A DNA stretch of 64,000 nucleotides from a virus: the IMG/VR virus record IMGVR_UViG_3300020021_000004, positions 1 to 64,000 of that record; one strand, 5' to 3'. Shown one piece after another: positions 27,806-37,600 of the stretch (position 1 is the stretch's first letter; the number at the start of each line of letters is the position of its first letter). A program made the position numbers and the translations under genes. The notes beneath the pieces are model-generated. The model was given only the letters and a program-made list of their open reading frames with translations, ran no database searches and was not told where the DNA came from.

Positions 27806-28819
27806 TCAGCCGCCTTCGTGTTCTTCAAGGGCTAGCACGAGCATGCCCTCCGCCACCGCTTGCAAGGGATCCTTGGCTTGACGGACTTCAGTGATCTGGA
27901 TCGGGAATTTCTTCCGGACTAGTTCGAACTCTTCCCTAAAGATGTCCATGAAGCCCTCGGCTTTCGTGGTCCCTCCCGATACGATGAACGGAATGGGTTC
28001 CGGGAGTGAAACATCGTTCGACACCTTCTTGAATTGAGCGGCGATGTTTTGGAGGCTGTAGTTGATGAGCGAGCGAACGTAGAGCACGATCGCCTGTTCC
28101 TCACGGCCCGCGGGAGCCAAAAGGTTGATGCCCTTCTCTTTGACGGCACACATCTGACTCGCCGTCTTACCGACCGCCTTAGCCGATTGTGCGTCGATCC
28201 AGTCACCGCCACGAGCGAGAGCGAACTCCATGCCCTTGCTGGCTTGGTAGCTCAAAGCGATATTGGCCATACCGGCTCCAAAGCTCACGGCGAGACCCGA
28301 AAAGGTCTCGTCAGCGCATTGGCTGTAAATGATAGCCATCGCCTCATTCATCGGGTGAGCGTTGTAGCCCCGGTCCCGGATGATCTTTCGAAAGACTTCC
28401 GTGTGGAAGATGACGTCCTGAGAAGGGTCGTCGATAGGAGGAGCAGGCACGCTGTAGAAGCAGTGCTCCCCTTCTTCGGAGGGTTCGTCGAGGACGTTAT
28501 GGACCAGCAGACCTAGGATGGCTTGAGCATCCATCTCACCAGCAGAGATCACGCCTCGGCTGAGGGGACGGCGAGCCTCTCGTTTGAAGAGGTTGGCCAT
28601 CGTAAGGGCTGAGTCACCGAGGACAACCAAGTTGCCGTCCTGCTCGATGTAGTTCACCTTCGACATCTTGAGGGAGCGCTTGGCATCCATCTCCAAGTCG
28701 AGGAAGGCGTCTCGGACACGCTTGTAGGCCGTCTTGCCGCTCTTCTTGCGGGCAGAGACAATGTTCATCGTCCCGATGTCGAGGCCCACCCCCAACTGGT
28801 CTTGCTCAGCTTTGCTCAT
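27806..28819 (-). CDS. Actin-like ATPase (MreB/MamK/FtsA superfamily)
   Basis: Phosphate-1 VGLDIGTMNI; connect NEAMAIIY; phosphate-2 SFGAGMANI; GGDWID; adenosine VSGGT; connect-2 DPLQAVAEG. Confidence 0.88.
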   Translation of the reverse strand: MSKAEQDQLGVGLDIGTMNIVSARKKSGKTAYKRVRDAFLDLEMDAKRSLKMSKVNYIEQDGNLVVLGDSALTMANLFKREARRPLSRGVISAGEMDAQAILGLLVHNVLDEPSEEGEHCFYSVPAPPIDDPSQDVIFHTEVFRKIIRDRGYNAHPMNEAMAIIYSQCADETFSGLAVSFGAGMANIALSYQASKGMEFALARGGDWIDAQSAKAVGKTASQMCAVKEKGINLLAPAGREEQAIVLYVRSLINYSLQNIAAQFKKVSNDVSLPEPIPFIVSGGTTKAEGFMDIFREEFELVRKKFPIQITEVRQAKDPLQAVAEGMLVLALEEHEGG

Positions 28820-28850
28820 TTTGAATTTCCTCTGATCTGTGTTTCTGATT

Positions 28851-29507
28851 TCAGCCGCGGTTGTAGCTGTAGATCGCGACTGGTGGAGCTGTGAGGGCCT
28901 CAGGAGTCCCCCGCTGCTGAAGCAAGTAGACGAAGCCCTCGTGCTTGTCCGCTACCCCTTCAAGCAGATTTGAAGTGCCGTGTGTCAACGCATCGGCACT
29001 ATCGAAAGCCGCTATCACAAGGCCCACGAGCCTTAGAATGGCTAGCTCACCCCGAAGGCTCGACGACACCATCTCGTCCGGAGTGCTGGGCTGCCCGCAT
29101 TGCTGCACGAACGTCAAAGCAAGGGATGCCTGCACGTGCGCCAAGATGGCCGGCTTACCTAGCCCCACCATACGTTCCGCCACCTGGTCGATGAACTCCA
29201 AGGACTCGTTGTACAGCCGCTCGAAGAGCAGGTGGTCGGCATAGAAGGCTCGACCCTTGGTGCTCCAGTGATGGGTCTGGTGCAAAAGAGCCGCTCCCTG
29301 AAGGGCACCCAGGAGAGATGTCATGGACGCCCCTTCAGGAACCGCAGCCACTTTGGCGCTCTTGACGAACGCCTTGATGTCGGACCGTTGCTTCGAGCTG
29401 AGGACCACCGGCTGATAGGGCATTCCCGGCAAATAGGGCGGCCCGTGCCTGAGGGCGTCGTATTCGGTCGGGGTGTGCCAAAGCACTCGGGAGGTCTCGT
29501 CGTCCAT
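28851..29507 (-). CDS. Ferritin/Dps-like four-helix bundle protein
   Basis: HQTHHWSTKGRAFYADHLLFERLY...IDQVAERMVGLG matches the Dps ferroxidase signature. Confidence 0.8.
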   Translation of the reverse strand: MDDETSRVLWHTPTEYDALRHGPPYLPGMPYQPVVLSSKQRSDIKAFVKSAKVAAVPEGASMTSLLGALQGAALLHQTHHWSTKGRAFYADHLLFERLYNESLEFIDQVAERMVGLGKPAILAHVQASLALTFVQQCGQPSTPDEMVSSSLRGELAILRLVGLVIAAFDSADALTHGTSNLLEGVADKHEGFVYLLQQRGTPEALTAPPVAIYSYNRG

Positions 29508-29533
29508 CTGCTAACCTCGATCCATCAAAAGAA

Positions 29534-30088
29534 TCAGCCTGCCGAGCCCTTTCGGAGCTGGCGGAGCTTGCTCCGGGCGTCTGAAACGCTGTCGCCTTCC
29601 GAGAGCACTTCCTGCACACGGATCTGCACATCTCCCGTGGGGGCGACCGTATCGGGAAGGAACATCGGAATCTCCCCGCCCACCACCTCAGAAACCGGCT
29701 GGACCGCCACGGTGGAAACGGCTTGAAGGGTCACCTGCTGAGTCCCCATCTTGGTTACCGCAGCCGCCAAGGCGCCCACCTGCTTGGCCATATCGTTCAC
29801 GCTCTGCTGAAGCGCGGTGCTCTGCTGGGTGGACTTCATCAGGGCTTCCCGGAGCTGACGATTCTCGTCTTCCAGGACCCCCTTCTGATCTTGAGGTTTG
29901 CCGGTATGCATGGTGTTCAACATCTGAAAAATAGCCTTGCTGCCGATAGCCCTGTGGAGATCTGTTGAGTTCAAAACCTGATCGGCAGGGATGAAGGTCG
30001 GGATCTGATGGTGCACCATCACTTGGATGTCAGGGATCAGCAGTGACCCTGTAGTGGTCTTCGTAACTGTGATGCCGCCGTCACTCAT
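29534..30088 (-). CDS. Hypothetical coiled-coil protein
   Basis: 184 aa, central heptad segment LEDENRQLREAL...; basic C-terminal helix. Confidence 0.7.
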   Translation of the reverse strand: MSDGGITVTKTTTGSLLIPDIQVMVHHQIPTFIPADQVLNSTDLHRAIGSKAIFQMLNTMHTGKPQDQKGVLEDENRQLREALMKSTQQSTALQQSVNDMAKQVGALAAAVTKMGTQQVTLQAVSTVAVQPVSEVVGGEIPMFLPDTVAPTGDVQIRVQEVLSEGDSVSDARSKLRQLRKGSAG

Positions 30089-30585
30089 CTGGACCCCATC
30101 GAAGCCCTAAGCTTCCGTTGAATTTCTTTCGTCAGTCGCTTCTTGATGATCTCGCGAGCACTCTTGCGAGCCCTCTCGAGAATCGTCGAAGGCTGACGCC
30201 CGGGGTGGTACCAACGTCCCCGAGACATCGACCGTGGAGTAGCGCTCCGAAAGATCAGCTCGCCGTTGTCGAGGATGATGGGGATCGGACGTTTGGCTTT
30301 AGTGAGCCAGACCATTTGCTGCTTCTTCTGACCCTCAATCAAAGGGAAGAAGGCCGGATGCTTGGCAATGATCCGAACACTGTTGGTGCCGACCTTCGTT
30401 CCAATACCTGCCGCCAAGGCTCTCTTGGCTCGAGAAGAGAAGGCCGACTTCTGGACCTCGTCCCGGACGGCTTTCAGAATCTCGCGCTGCACACTCTGAA
30501 GAACCTTCTTCGTGCTGATCTCACCCCCGCCGTTGGTCGAAACCAACGGCTTGAGGTTGATGCGAAAGATGGGTGGGACGAACAT
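30085..30585 (-). CDS. Putative neck/tail-completion protein (basic)
   Basis: Likely start MFVPP at 30585 (TGATG overlap); Lys/Arg-rich, WYHPG motif near the C-terminus; neck-module position. Confidence 0.55.
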   Translation of the reverse strand: MFVPPIFRINLKPLVSTNGGGEISTKKVLQSVQREILKAVRDEVQKSAFSSRAKRALAAGIGTKVGTNSVRIIAKHPAFFPLIEGQKKQQMVWLTKAKRPIPIILDNGELIFRSATPRSMSRGRWYHPGRQPSTILERARKSAREIIKKRLTKEIQRKLRASMGSR

Positions 30586-31601
30586 CAAGCCCACCGTTCC
30601 GTAAGCGGGTGCCACAAACGAAGGAGTCGTCGTTTCTCAGCACGGACGTCGGAGACCACCCCCAATAAGTGATCTAGGGCCCACCCACTTTTAAGCTCTG
30701 TCTCTGAGTATCGTATTACCGAGTACCCGAGAGCATAGTAGGCTTCTGCTGTAAGGGTGTCGTCCTGAACACGTCGAGCAGCATCTCCGAAGGCAAACCG
30801 AGGGCCATGGAAGGCTTCCCCGTCGCACAACACTACAATCTTATGCAGCCCTAGATCAATCTTGAGGTCGGCCTCACGAGGAACAAGAGTCCCTTGAATG
30901 GGTACAGCTTGCCAAACATTCAGAATAGGGTGTAGGCCGTGCTTTGAGAGGGCCTCAGCAAAGTCTGCCTCAAGCTTACAAGTCCCCCCATACAAGCGTT
31001 TGAGCCGAGCCGCCTTTGCTGAAGGAGCCAAACGTGCGTAATTCTTATGAGCAACACTTAAGTTGATCCGCCCAACAGAAGACTTCCGCTCTTGACTCCA
31101 CTTGAAGTAGCCTGCCACCCCCAAGATGTCTTCGGCAATTGTTCGAAAAACTTTGTAGGTCAGACCTAAGTCTCGCAGGACACCTTGAACAGGAGTCGTA
31201 GTTTGAAGCAAACCCCGTACGGCTTCGTAGGTGTTGTCTCCTCGGGACCATTTGAACTGAAGGTCGTTCAAACCCACCCATCGAGCTTTGGAAGAAACTC
31301 TCACCCTAACATCGGCCGAAATCTCAGGCTTCCATTCCTCATAAGCCTTCTTACCCAAGAGTAGGTATTGAGACTCACAACGAGGACACCGCTTTGAGTG
31401 CTGCTCGGCCTTTGAGCTTACGGCCCAGACACCTCCACACTTTCTGCATCGAAGGGTTGCCCTGTACTGTTGTCTCCAAGCCAACCAATCTGCTTTAAGC
31501 AGCAGGTGTGAAGAATCCGAATTGTGACGAAGGTGGCCTGCCAACCCACGATAATTGTGGATCATTTTAGCACATACCCGACACGGCCCTAAAAATTGCA
31601 T
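30585..31601 (-). CDS. Putative homing endonuclease, Vsr/DUF559-like nuclease domain with zinc fingers
   Basis: N-terminal C2H2 (CRVC...HLRH) and CRKC/CPRC; C-terminal ADLKI...VLCDGEAFHG...D......GYSVIRYSE; lower GC and atypical codons. Confidence 0.75.
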   Translation of the reverse strand: MQFLGPCRVCAKMIHNYRGLAGHLRHNSDSSHLLLKADWLAWRQQYRATLRCRKCGGVWAVSSKAEQHSKRCPRCESQYLLLGKKAYEEWKPEISADVRVRVSSKARWVGLNDLQFKWSRGDNTYEAVRGLLQTTTPVQGVLRDLGLTYKVFRTIAEDILGVAGYFKWSQERKSSVGRINLSVAHKNYARLAPSAKAARLKRLYGGTCKLEADFAEALSKHGLHPILNVWQAVPIQGTLVPREADLKIDLGLHKIVVLCDGEAFHGPRFAFGDAARRVQDDTLTAEAYYALGYSVIRYSETELKSGWALDHLLGVVSDVRAEKRRLLRLWHPLTERWA

Positions 31602-32991
31602 CTACAATATGCGGGGCAAAAAGGAGAATACCGTAGGTGATGTTCTCCCAGGCGATGGTGCGGCCTCTCAGCTCACGTTCATCCGGGATGTTGGTTTTGT
31701 CAGTGATCTGAGCCGGAGAGTTAGCCGGGGGTACTGCCGCGTTGACCTGATTGGCCAAGTGCCGACTCGGGTTGTCGATCGGTACCCTGTATCGGATGTC
31801 CTTCTCGTCGAGATGGCCGAGCATCCCGTTCTGCTGAAGGACCATCCCACGGTTGGTCTGCACCTGTACGGCTCCAACGCTGTACCGCTCACCGTTGAGC
31901 TTCACCACGAAGTCTCGTTGGGACAGTAGGGGCGAAGGGCCCGTCCAGAAGTCGTACGTGTGTTCGACCGTGCGGCCCGTGTCTTTTTGCGAGATCTTCT
32001 TCTCCCCGTTGTCGGGAGCCAGAAGGATGTCGTAAGGGCCTTCGTAGCCGCCGAGGATGCCCGTGCCGTAACATTTGAGGCAGTCGTTGAGAGGCTGTTG
32101 ATTGGTGGCCGCGTAAAAGCAAGAGCAGGTAACGCCTACTTGCTTGCGGATGTAGAGCTTCACCCGCTCCCCACCCTGTTCAAGGATCCAACGATTCCTT
32201 CGAACGCCTTCACGCCAAATATAGTCGATTTTCTCGATCTCGTAGCTCGAGGTGAAGGCTGCCCTGTCCAGGGGCGTCTCCAAAAGCTCCGTGGGATCGT
32301 TGGGCCCACGCTCAGACGCAATGAGGTGACCTACCGTCGTCAGGCGGTAGAAGACCCGCTGCACCAAGTCGGTCCGCAAGAACGACCGTGTATGGCGATA
32401 CGTTACCGTCACCGTCGTTCCTGGATCAGGCAGCACACTCGGGTCCCGGGTCTGAAGACCTACGTTGGGGTAATGATTGGGGTCGATTTCAATCTCCCCC
32501 GCCTCACCCAGGATGCTGAGAATCTTCACCGTCACGCCGTCGATACGGACCTCCACGTCCTCCACGTTTGACGTAGGAAGCTTTTGCGAGCCCTCTTTGA
32601 CGATGGGATAGCGAGTCGTCCGAAAGACGTACCGGGGCGCCTCTAGCTCAGCTGCGGCACCGAAGCCCCGCATGAGCCACTGGTCGTCCGTCACTTCTTC
32701 GTCGATCACCAAGACGTTGTCGGTCCGATCCCGCATGAAATTCGCTCCAAGCGGGTACTCGTTCACCCTGTCGTAGGGCCCGAACTCAGAGTCAAAGCTT
32801 CGGTAGATGTTGACCCCACAGATCTGGAACCTGCCGTTCAGGGCCATATCTGAGGGATCGGTCCACACTAGGTCGAAAACACCAGGCTGATACCCGCTCG
32901 TGAGGAACAGGTTCAAAGGTGGAACTGGCCAAGGAGTCTTGGTCAGTTCCAGCAATGACGGCTCGCGGTCCCGATTTGAAGCGTAGGACAT
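31567..32991 (-). CDS. Putative head completion / stopper protein
   Basis: 474 aa; GERVKLYIRK..G.TCSC...CLKCYGTGILGGY; neck-module position. Confidence 0.55.
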   Translation of the reverse strand: MSYASNRDREPSLLELTKTPWPVPPLNLFLTSGYQPGVFDLVWTDPSDMALNGRFQICGVNIYRSFDSEFGPYDRVNEYPLGANFMRDRTDNVLVIDEEVTDDQWLMRGFGAAAELEAPRYVFRTTRYPIVKEGSQKLPTSNVEDVEVRIDGVTVKILSILGEAGEIEIDPNHYPNVGLQTRDPSVLPDPGTTVTVTYRHTRSFLRTDLVQRVFYRLTTVGHLIASERGPNDPTELLETPLDRAAFTSSYEIEKIDYIWREGVRRNRWILEQGGERVKLYIRKQVGVTCSCFYAATNQQPLNDCLKCYGTGILGGYEGPYDILLAPDNGEKKISQKDTGRTVEHTYDFWTGPSPLLSQRDFVVKLNGERYSVGAVQVQTNRGMVLQQNGMLGHLDEKDIRYRVPIDNPSRHLANQVNAAVPPANSPAQITDKTNIPDERELRGRTIAWENITYGILLFAPHIVDAIFRAVSGMC

Positions 32992-33018
32992 CTTACCAGA
33001 TGCCTTCCAAGAAGGGGA

Positions 33019-33330
33019 TTAGACGGCCACGGCAGGGGGCGGCACGGGGGCCGTGTCGTCCGCCGTGCGCGTGATCTTGCCCGTCCGGGCGTCGATCTCG
33101 ACCTGCACGTTAGGCGCGATACCCCGCTCCACGAGGAATCCCTCGAAGAGTCGGTTGCGTTGGTCATCGAGCTTCTTCACCCCAGCTAGCAGCTGGATCT
33201 TGTCCTGCTCCAACGAAAGCAGGGTGTCGGCGAATCGCTGTCGGGCTTCCTGTACTCGGCGAAGCTGTTCAAGAGTTTCGGAGTCTACAGGGTCCTCGAT
33301 TGTCAGAGGACGTTTCTCGGCTTGGCTCAT
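33019..33330 (-). CDS. Small coiled-coil hypothetical protein
   Basis: Likely start MSQAEK at 33330 after RBS AAGGAG. Confidence 0.7.
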   Translation of the reverse strand: MSQAEKRPLTIEDPVDSETLEQLRRVQEARQRFADTLLSLEQDKIQLLAGVKKLDDQRNRLFEGFLVERGIAPNVQVEIDARTGKITRTADDTAPVPPPAVAV

Positions 33331-33394
33331 TTGGCTCTCCTTTTCATCTGCCCTTCCCAAAGGGAGGGGATGAAGAGCCAAATCGATAAAAGGA

Positions 33395-33670
33395 CTAGTC
33401 GATCGAAGCGCGGGCTAACCTGCGGTAATGCCTCGAAAGGACTTGCAGGAACTGCTCGAACTGCACCAAATCGATGTCGTGCTTTTGCAGCAAGCGAACC
33501 CGGCGGTCATCCTCGTTGATGTTTGGACAGTCTTTGCGATGGCGATAATGGGCTCGTTGGCAGACCGCACACACCCCAAGCTGCCCCCGTCGTTGGACAC
33601 ACCCTCGCTGGTGGGCTCGAAGTTCAGGGTGGGTCGTGGCCTGAAAACCACAAATGCATGATCCCGTCAC
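33395..33670 (-). CDS. Small Cys/His-rich (zinc-finger-like) protein with its own promoter motif
   Basis: CICG...HQRGC, CAVC...HRKDC; GGTGTA element 16 nt upstream of GTG at 33670. Confidence 0.55.
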   Translation of the reverse strand: MTGSCICGFQATTHPELRAHQRGCVQRRGQLGVCAVCQRAHYRHRKDCPNINEDDRRVRLLQKHDIDLVQFEQFLQVLSRHYRRLARASID

Positions 33671-33764
33671 CCCTCGGACATACACCAACGGACAGGATCA
33701 AGAATCCCACAAAACAAGGAATTCGTCTTGCCAAATACCCCTATGAAACCCGCTAGTTGGCGAA

Positions 33765-34664
33765 TCAGAATCCGATGAACTTCTGAGGGCTCAAGACACC
33801 CGCCCCCACGTAAGGGCCGAACGAACTTCTGATCCCAATTCCGAACCTGGGCTGCTGCAAACCGCCGATGATCTTCACCGTCTGCTTGGCACGTTCGAGC
33901 TGACTGTCGAACTGGTCCTTGACGGTCTGGAAGGCGCTCTCGTACTTGCTCGACTTATCGATGCTGAGACTGACGCCTCCGATGCTGTACTCGAACTCGT
34001 CAGCAATCCAGTTCGACATCAAGGCCAAGAAGGCGTACATCATCGCCCCGTTGAGGACCACAGTACGCCACTCTGGATAATTGCGAACCAAGATGTCGCA
34101 GTTGGGGATCGGCGTCCTAGGCGGAGCGGCCGACACCATGTCGAGACCGTTCTGCAAGTACTCCTGTAGCTCGTAGTCCTCCCAGATGTACCCGAATACC
34201 TTGTTGTACTGCCGGATCGTCTCTTCGTGAGCTGGCGGACGAAAGTGGTAATTTCGGTCGGGATTGTTGTCCCGAAGAAGGATGCGAAGCCGGCGGATGA
34301 GGTCGGTCTCGCAGGGTGTGAAGCACCCAGCCGCTCCGTTGCTGTCCGTCGCCTTATCGATGACGTTGAACTCTTGGACCACCTGATGAACAGGGCCCCC
34401 CACCATCTCACGGAAGGTCCAGCGAACGCGGTAGCTCCCCACGTTGGCGTCCAGCGGGATGATGACGCTTGCGTAATAGTGCCCCACACTGTCGTTGGCG
34501 GGATCTCGACGAGGGATGCCCAGGAGGGCCTCTTGACCTGTCGTGACATCGTAAAGCGCGTAGGTGATTTCCGACACGTTGGTCGGATGCCCCGCCGCGT
34601 TGTCGAGGCAAATATCGAGGTCCTTCGTACCGAGCTGCTGACCTCTGTAGAACGCTGTGGACAT
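33765..34664 (-). CDS. Putative head-tail adaptor (neck) protein with N-terminal Ig-like domain
   Basis: Helical adaptor-like IRRLRILLRD...WEDYELQEYL...YSIGGVSLSIDKSSKY; beta-sandwich N-terminus. Confidence 0.6.
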   Translation of the reverse strand: MSTAFYRGQQLGTKDLDICLDNAAGHPTNVSEITYALYDVTTGQEALLGIPRRDPANDSVGHYYASVIIPLDANVGSYRVRWTFREMVGGPVHQVVQEFNVIDKATDSNGAAGCFTPCETDLIRRLRILLRDNNPDRNYHFRPPAHEETIRQYNKVFGYIWEDYELQEYLQNGLDMVSAAPPRTPIPNCDILVRNYPEWRTVVLNGAMMYAFLALMSNWIADEFEYSIGGVSLSIDKSSKYESAFQTVKDQFDSQLERAKQTVKIIGGLQQPRFGIGIRSSFGPYVGAGVLSPQKFIGF

Positions 34665-34699
34665 GCTTCAATCCTCACGATCAATCAATAAAAAGGGCG

Positions 34700-37600
34700 T
34701 CACTCCCACCCGTGCTTGATGACGCGGGGTGGCTGGAACTTCTCGACAGGAGCTGCGTCCTGAACCAAAAAGGGCTGCTCCACGAACTGAAGAGGGGAAC
34801 CGTAGGTCTTTTGGATTTCCCAACGGATGAGCCACTGACCGGGCTGACCCTGCTCACCCGCCAAACCCACCACATAGTATTCACCCACGCCAGGGCCCAC
34901 CACTGCCTTCTTACGACCTCCGACCGGCATCGGGACCCCAGAGGCTGCGATCTGGAAGAACGTGTAATAGACCGCCACAGGGCTGTACATACCCTGTCGA
35001 TCCGCGAGCCGGAGACACAGATCCCTTGCCGTGAGAGTTTGAAGGTACCGGAAGGTCTTGGAAGGTCCGACGGGGGTCGGCTTGGGCTGAACCCCGTTGT
35101 TGTACACACGTACGATGCAGTCGTCGAAGATCTGCACCGCTTCTGCGGGAAGGCGGGTGTAGTTGACCTGAACGAAGAGGGCGTCCGAAACACCCATCAC
35201 GTCCGAAACTGTCCGGCTCTGCTCCTTGTCGACTAGGAGTAGATCCGTCAGATCGAGGCTGTCGATGACCCTGCGGATGTAGTCGGTCGAAGCCTGAAGC
35301 TGATCGGCAACAACCAGAGCGTCCGACAGGTCAATGAAGATCGCGAGCCCGGCCGCTACGTCATCTGTGACGCTGACCGTGTCCTGGACGGTCGCATCCT
35401 TCTCGGTAGAGAGAGTGATCGAGTCCGTGACACTGACGGTGTCTTGGCCTGCACGAATGTAATCGGTCGAAGCTTGGAACTGCTCGGTGACGACCAGAGC
35501 GTCCGAGGCCGACCGGACGTAGCTAACGATCTTCGAGAAACTATCGGTGATGTCGATCGCGTCTTGGACAGCAACCCCGCGTTCAGCAAAGATCTGAACT
35601 TCGTCCGTAACATCAACGACGTCTTGTACGGTTCGAACGTAGTCGGTCGAAGCCCTGAGGGTCTCGGTAATGCTGATCGTGTCCGTAAGATTACGGGCGT
35701 ACTCAGCCACCAGAACCGCCTGGTCCGTAACACTGATGGCATCCGAAACCGTCTTGCGGACTTCAATCGAAATGGCGTCCGTGACCGACACAATGTCGGA
35801 AGCCGTGCGGACGTACTGGCTCGAAGAAGAGAGCTGATCCGCTAGAACCAGGGCATCCTGGAGCCTGCGGATGTAGTCGGTGTTCGGAGAGAGCTGCTCA
35901 ACGACCGTGATCGTGTCGGACCCTGAGCGGCTCAGCTCTCGAGTAACCGCTACACTGTCGGTAACCGAGGCACTATCGGACGCCGCCCGCTCGTAGGTGA
36001 AGCTCGTGGCGGCACTGTCGGCAACAGCAACAGCGTCCGAAGCCGTCTTCGAGTATTGGGTGGACGGAGATAGCTGGTCCGTGATGCTAACAGCGTCAGT
36101 GACCAGGACAGAAAGACCCTGGAAAAGGTCGACCGTCAAAGTCTCGGTGACGCTGATGGTGTCGCTAACGGCACGGGCTATTTCGAACGAAGCACTCGCG
36201 GTGTCGGTGATGCTGACCGAATCCGAAAGGGTGCGGTTGTAGACCGAGCTGATCGATGTCTGGTCAGTGACCGAGACGATGTCCGAAAGGGTGCGGCCGT
36301 ACTCCGCCGCCAAGGTAAGGGTGTCGGTGACGCTGGTTGCGTCAGCCAGCGTCTTGTCGACTTCGACAGAGAGGGCGTCCGTAACGCTGATGGCATCGCT
36401 GACGGTGCGGACCTTCTCCAGGCCCGCAAACACCGCTTCTGTGGTGCTGAAGGTGTCCGAAAGGGTGCGAGAGAAATCTCCATTGAGGGACGTCTGGTCA
36501 GTGACCGAGACCGTATCGGAGACGTTCTTGTGAACCTCAATAGAGGTTGCGTCGGTAACGACGATCGTGTCGTTGACGGCACGCGACACCTCGAAAGAGG
36601 CATTAGCGGTGTCAGAGGTGCTGACAGCGTCCGAGCCCGTACGGGCGTATACCGTCGATAGTGTCGTCTGGTCGGTGACCGAAAGAGTGTCGGAAGCCGA
36701 CCGGTCCTTGTCCTGGCTCGGGATGTCAGTGTCGGTGACCGAGATCGTGTCACTGAGGCTCTTGGAGAACTCCAGGGATGTGACACTTTGGTCAGTAACG
36801 CTGACGGCGTCGCTGACGGTGCGGACCTTCTCCAAGCCCGCGGAGAGGGTTTCGGTGACCGCTATGCTGTCGGAGAACGAACGCCCGTACTCTACCGAAA
36901 GAGCGGTGCTGTCGGTGACGCTGACGCTGTCATTGACTTCCGTCTCTTGTTCGGTAGAAGCCTCGTCGGTAACGCTGACCGTATCACTGAGGGTGCGGTT
37001 GTACTGTGCCGCCAACAGCAGTTGGTCGGTGACCGAAATGGCGTCCTGCGGGAACGCTTTCTCGATAAGGGCCTGATCGGTAGCCGAGAGGACATCCGAA
37101 AGGGTGCGAGAGAACTCGACGGAGCTAACCGTGGAATCTGTGACGCTGATGGCGTCTGACCTGAAGACTTCCTCATCCAGGACCTGGTCGGTGATGCTGA
37201 CCGTGTCCGAGAGGGTGCGAGAGAAATCTGCCGAACGGCTCGTGCTGTCGGTGAGCGAGACGACATCGACCCCGAAGATGGTCTCGACCAACAACTGGTC
37301 GCTGACCGTGACCGAGTCCGAAAGGGCGATGTCGTTGTTGGCGGTCTCCGACTCATCAGTGGTGCTGATGGTGTCCGCAGCACTTCTGGAAATTTCAAGC
37401 GAAAGAGTCGTGCTGTCGGTGACAGAAACAGCATCGTTGACCGTGACGGCTTCGAACGCACTGGTCGTCGCGTCCGACTCATCCGTGGTGCTGACGGTGT
37501 CCGAAAGAGTGCGGCTGTACTGGGCCGCCAACGTGAGAGTGTCGCTGACGCTGACGGCATCCTGTGGGAACGCCTTCTCAGTCAGGGTCTGGTCAGTGGC

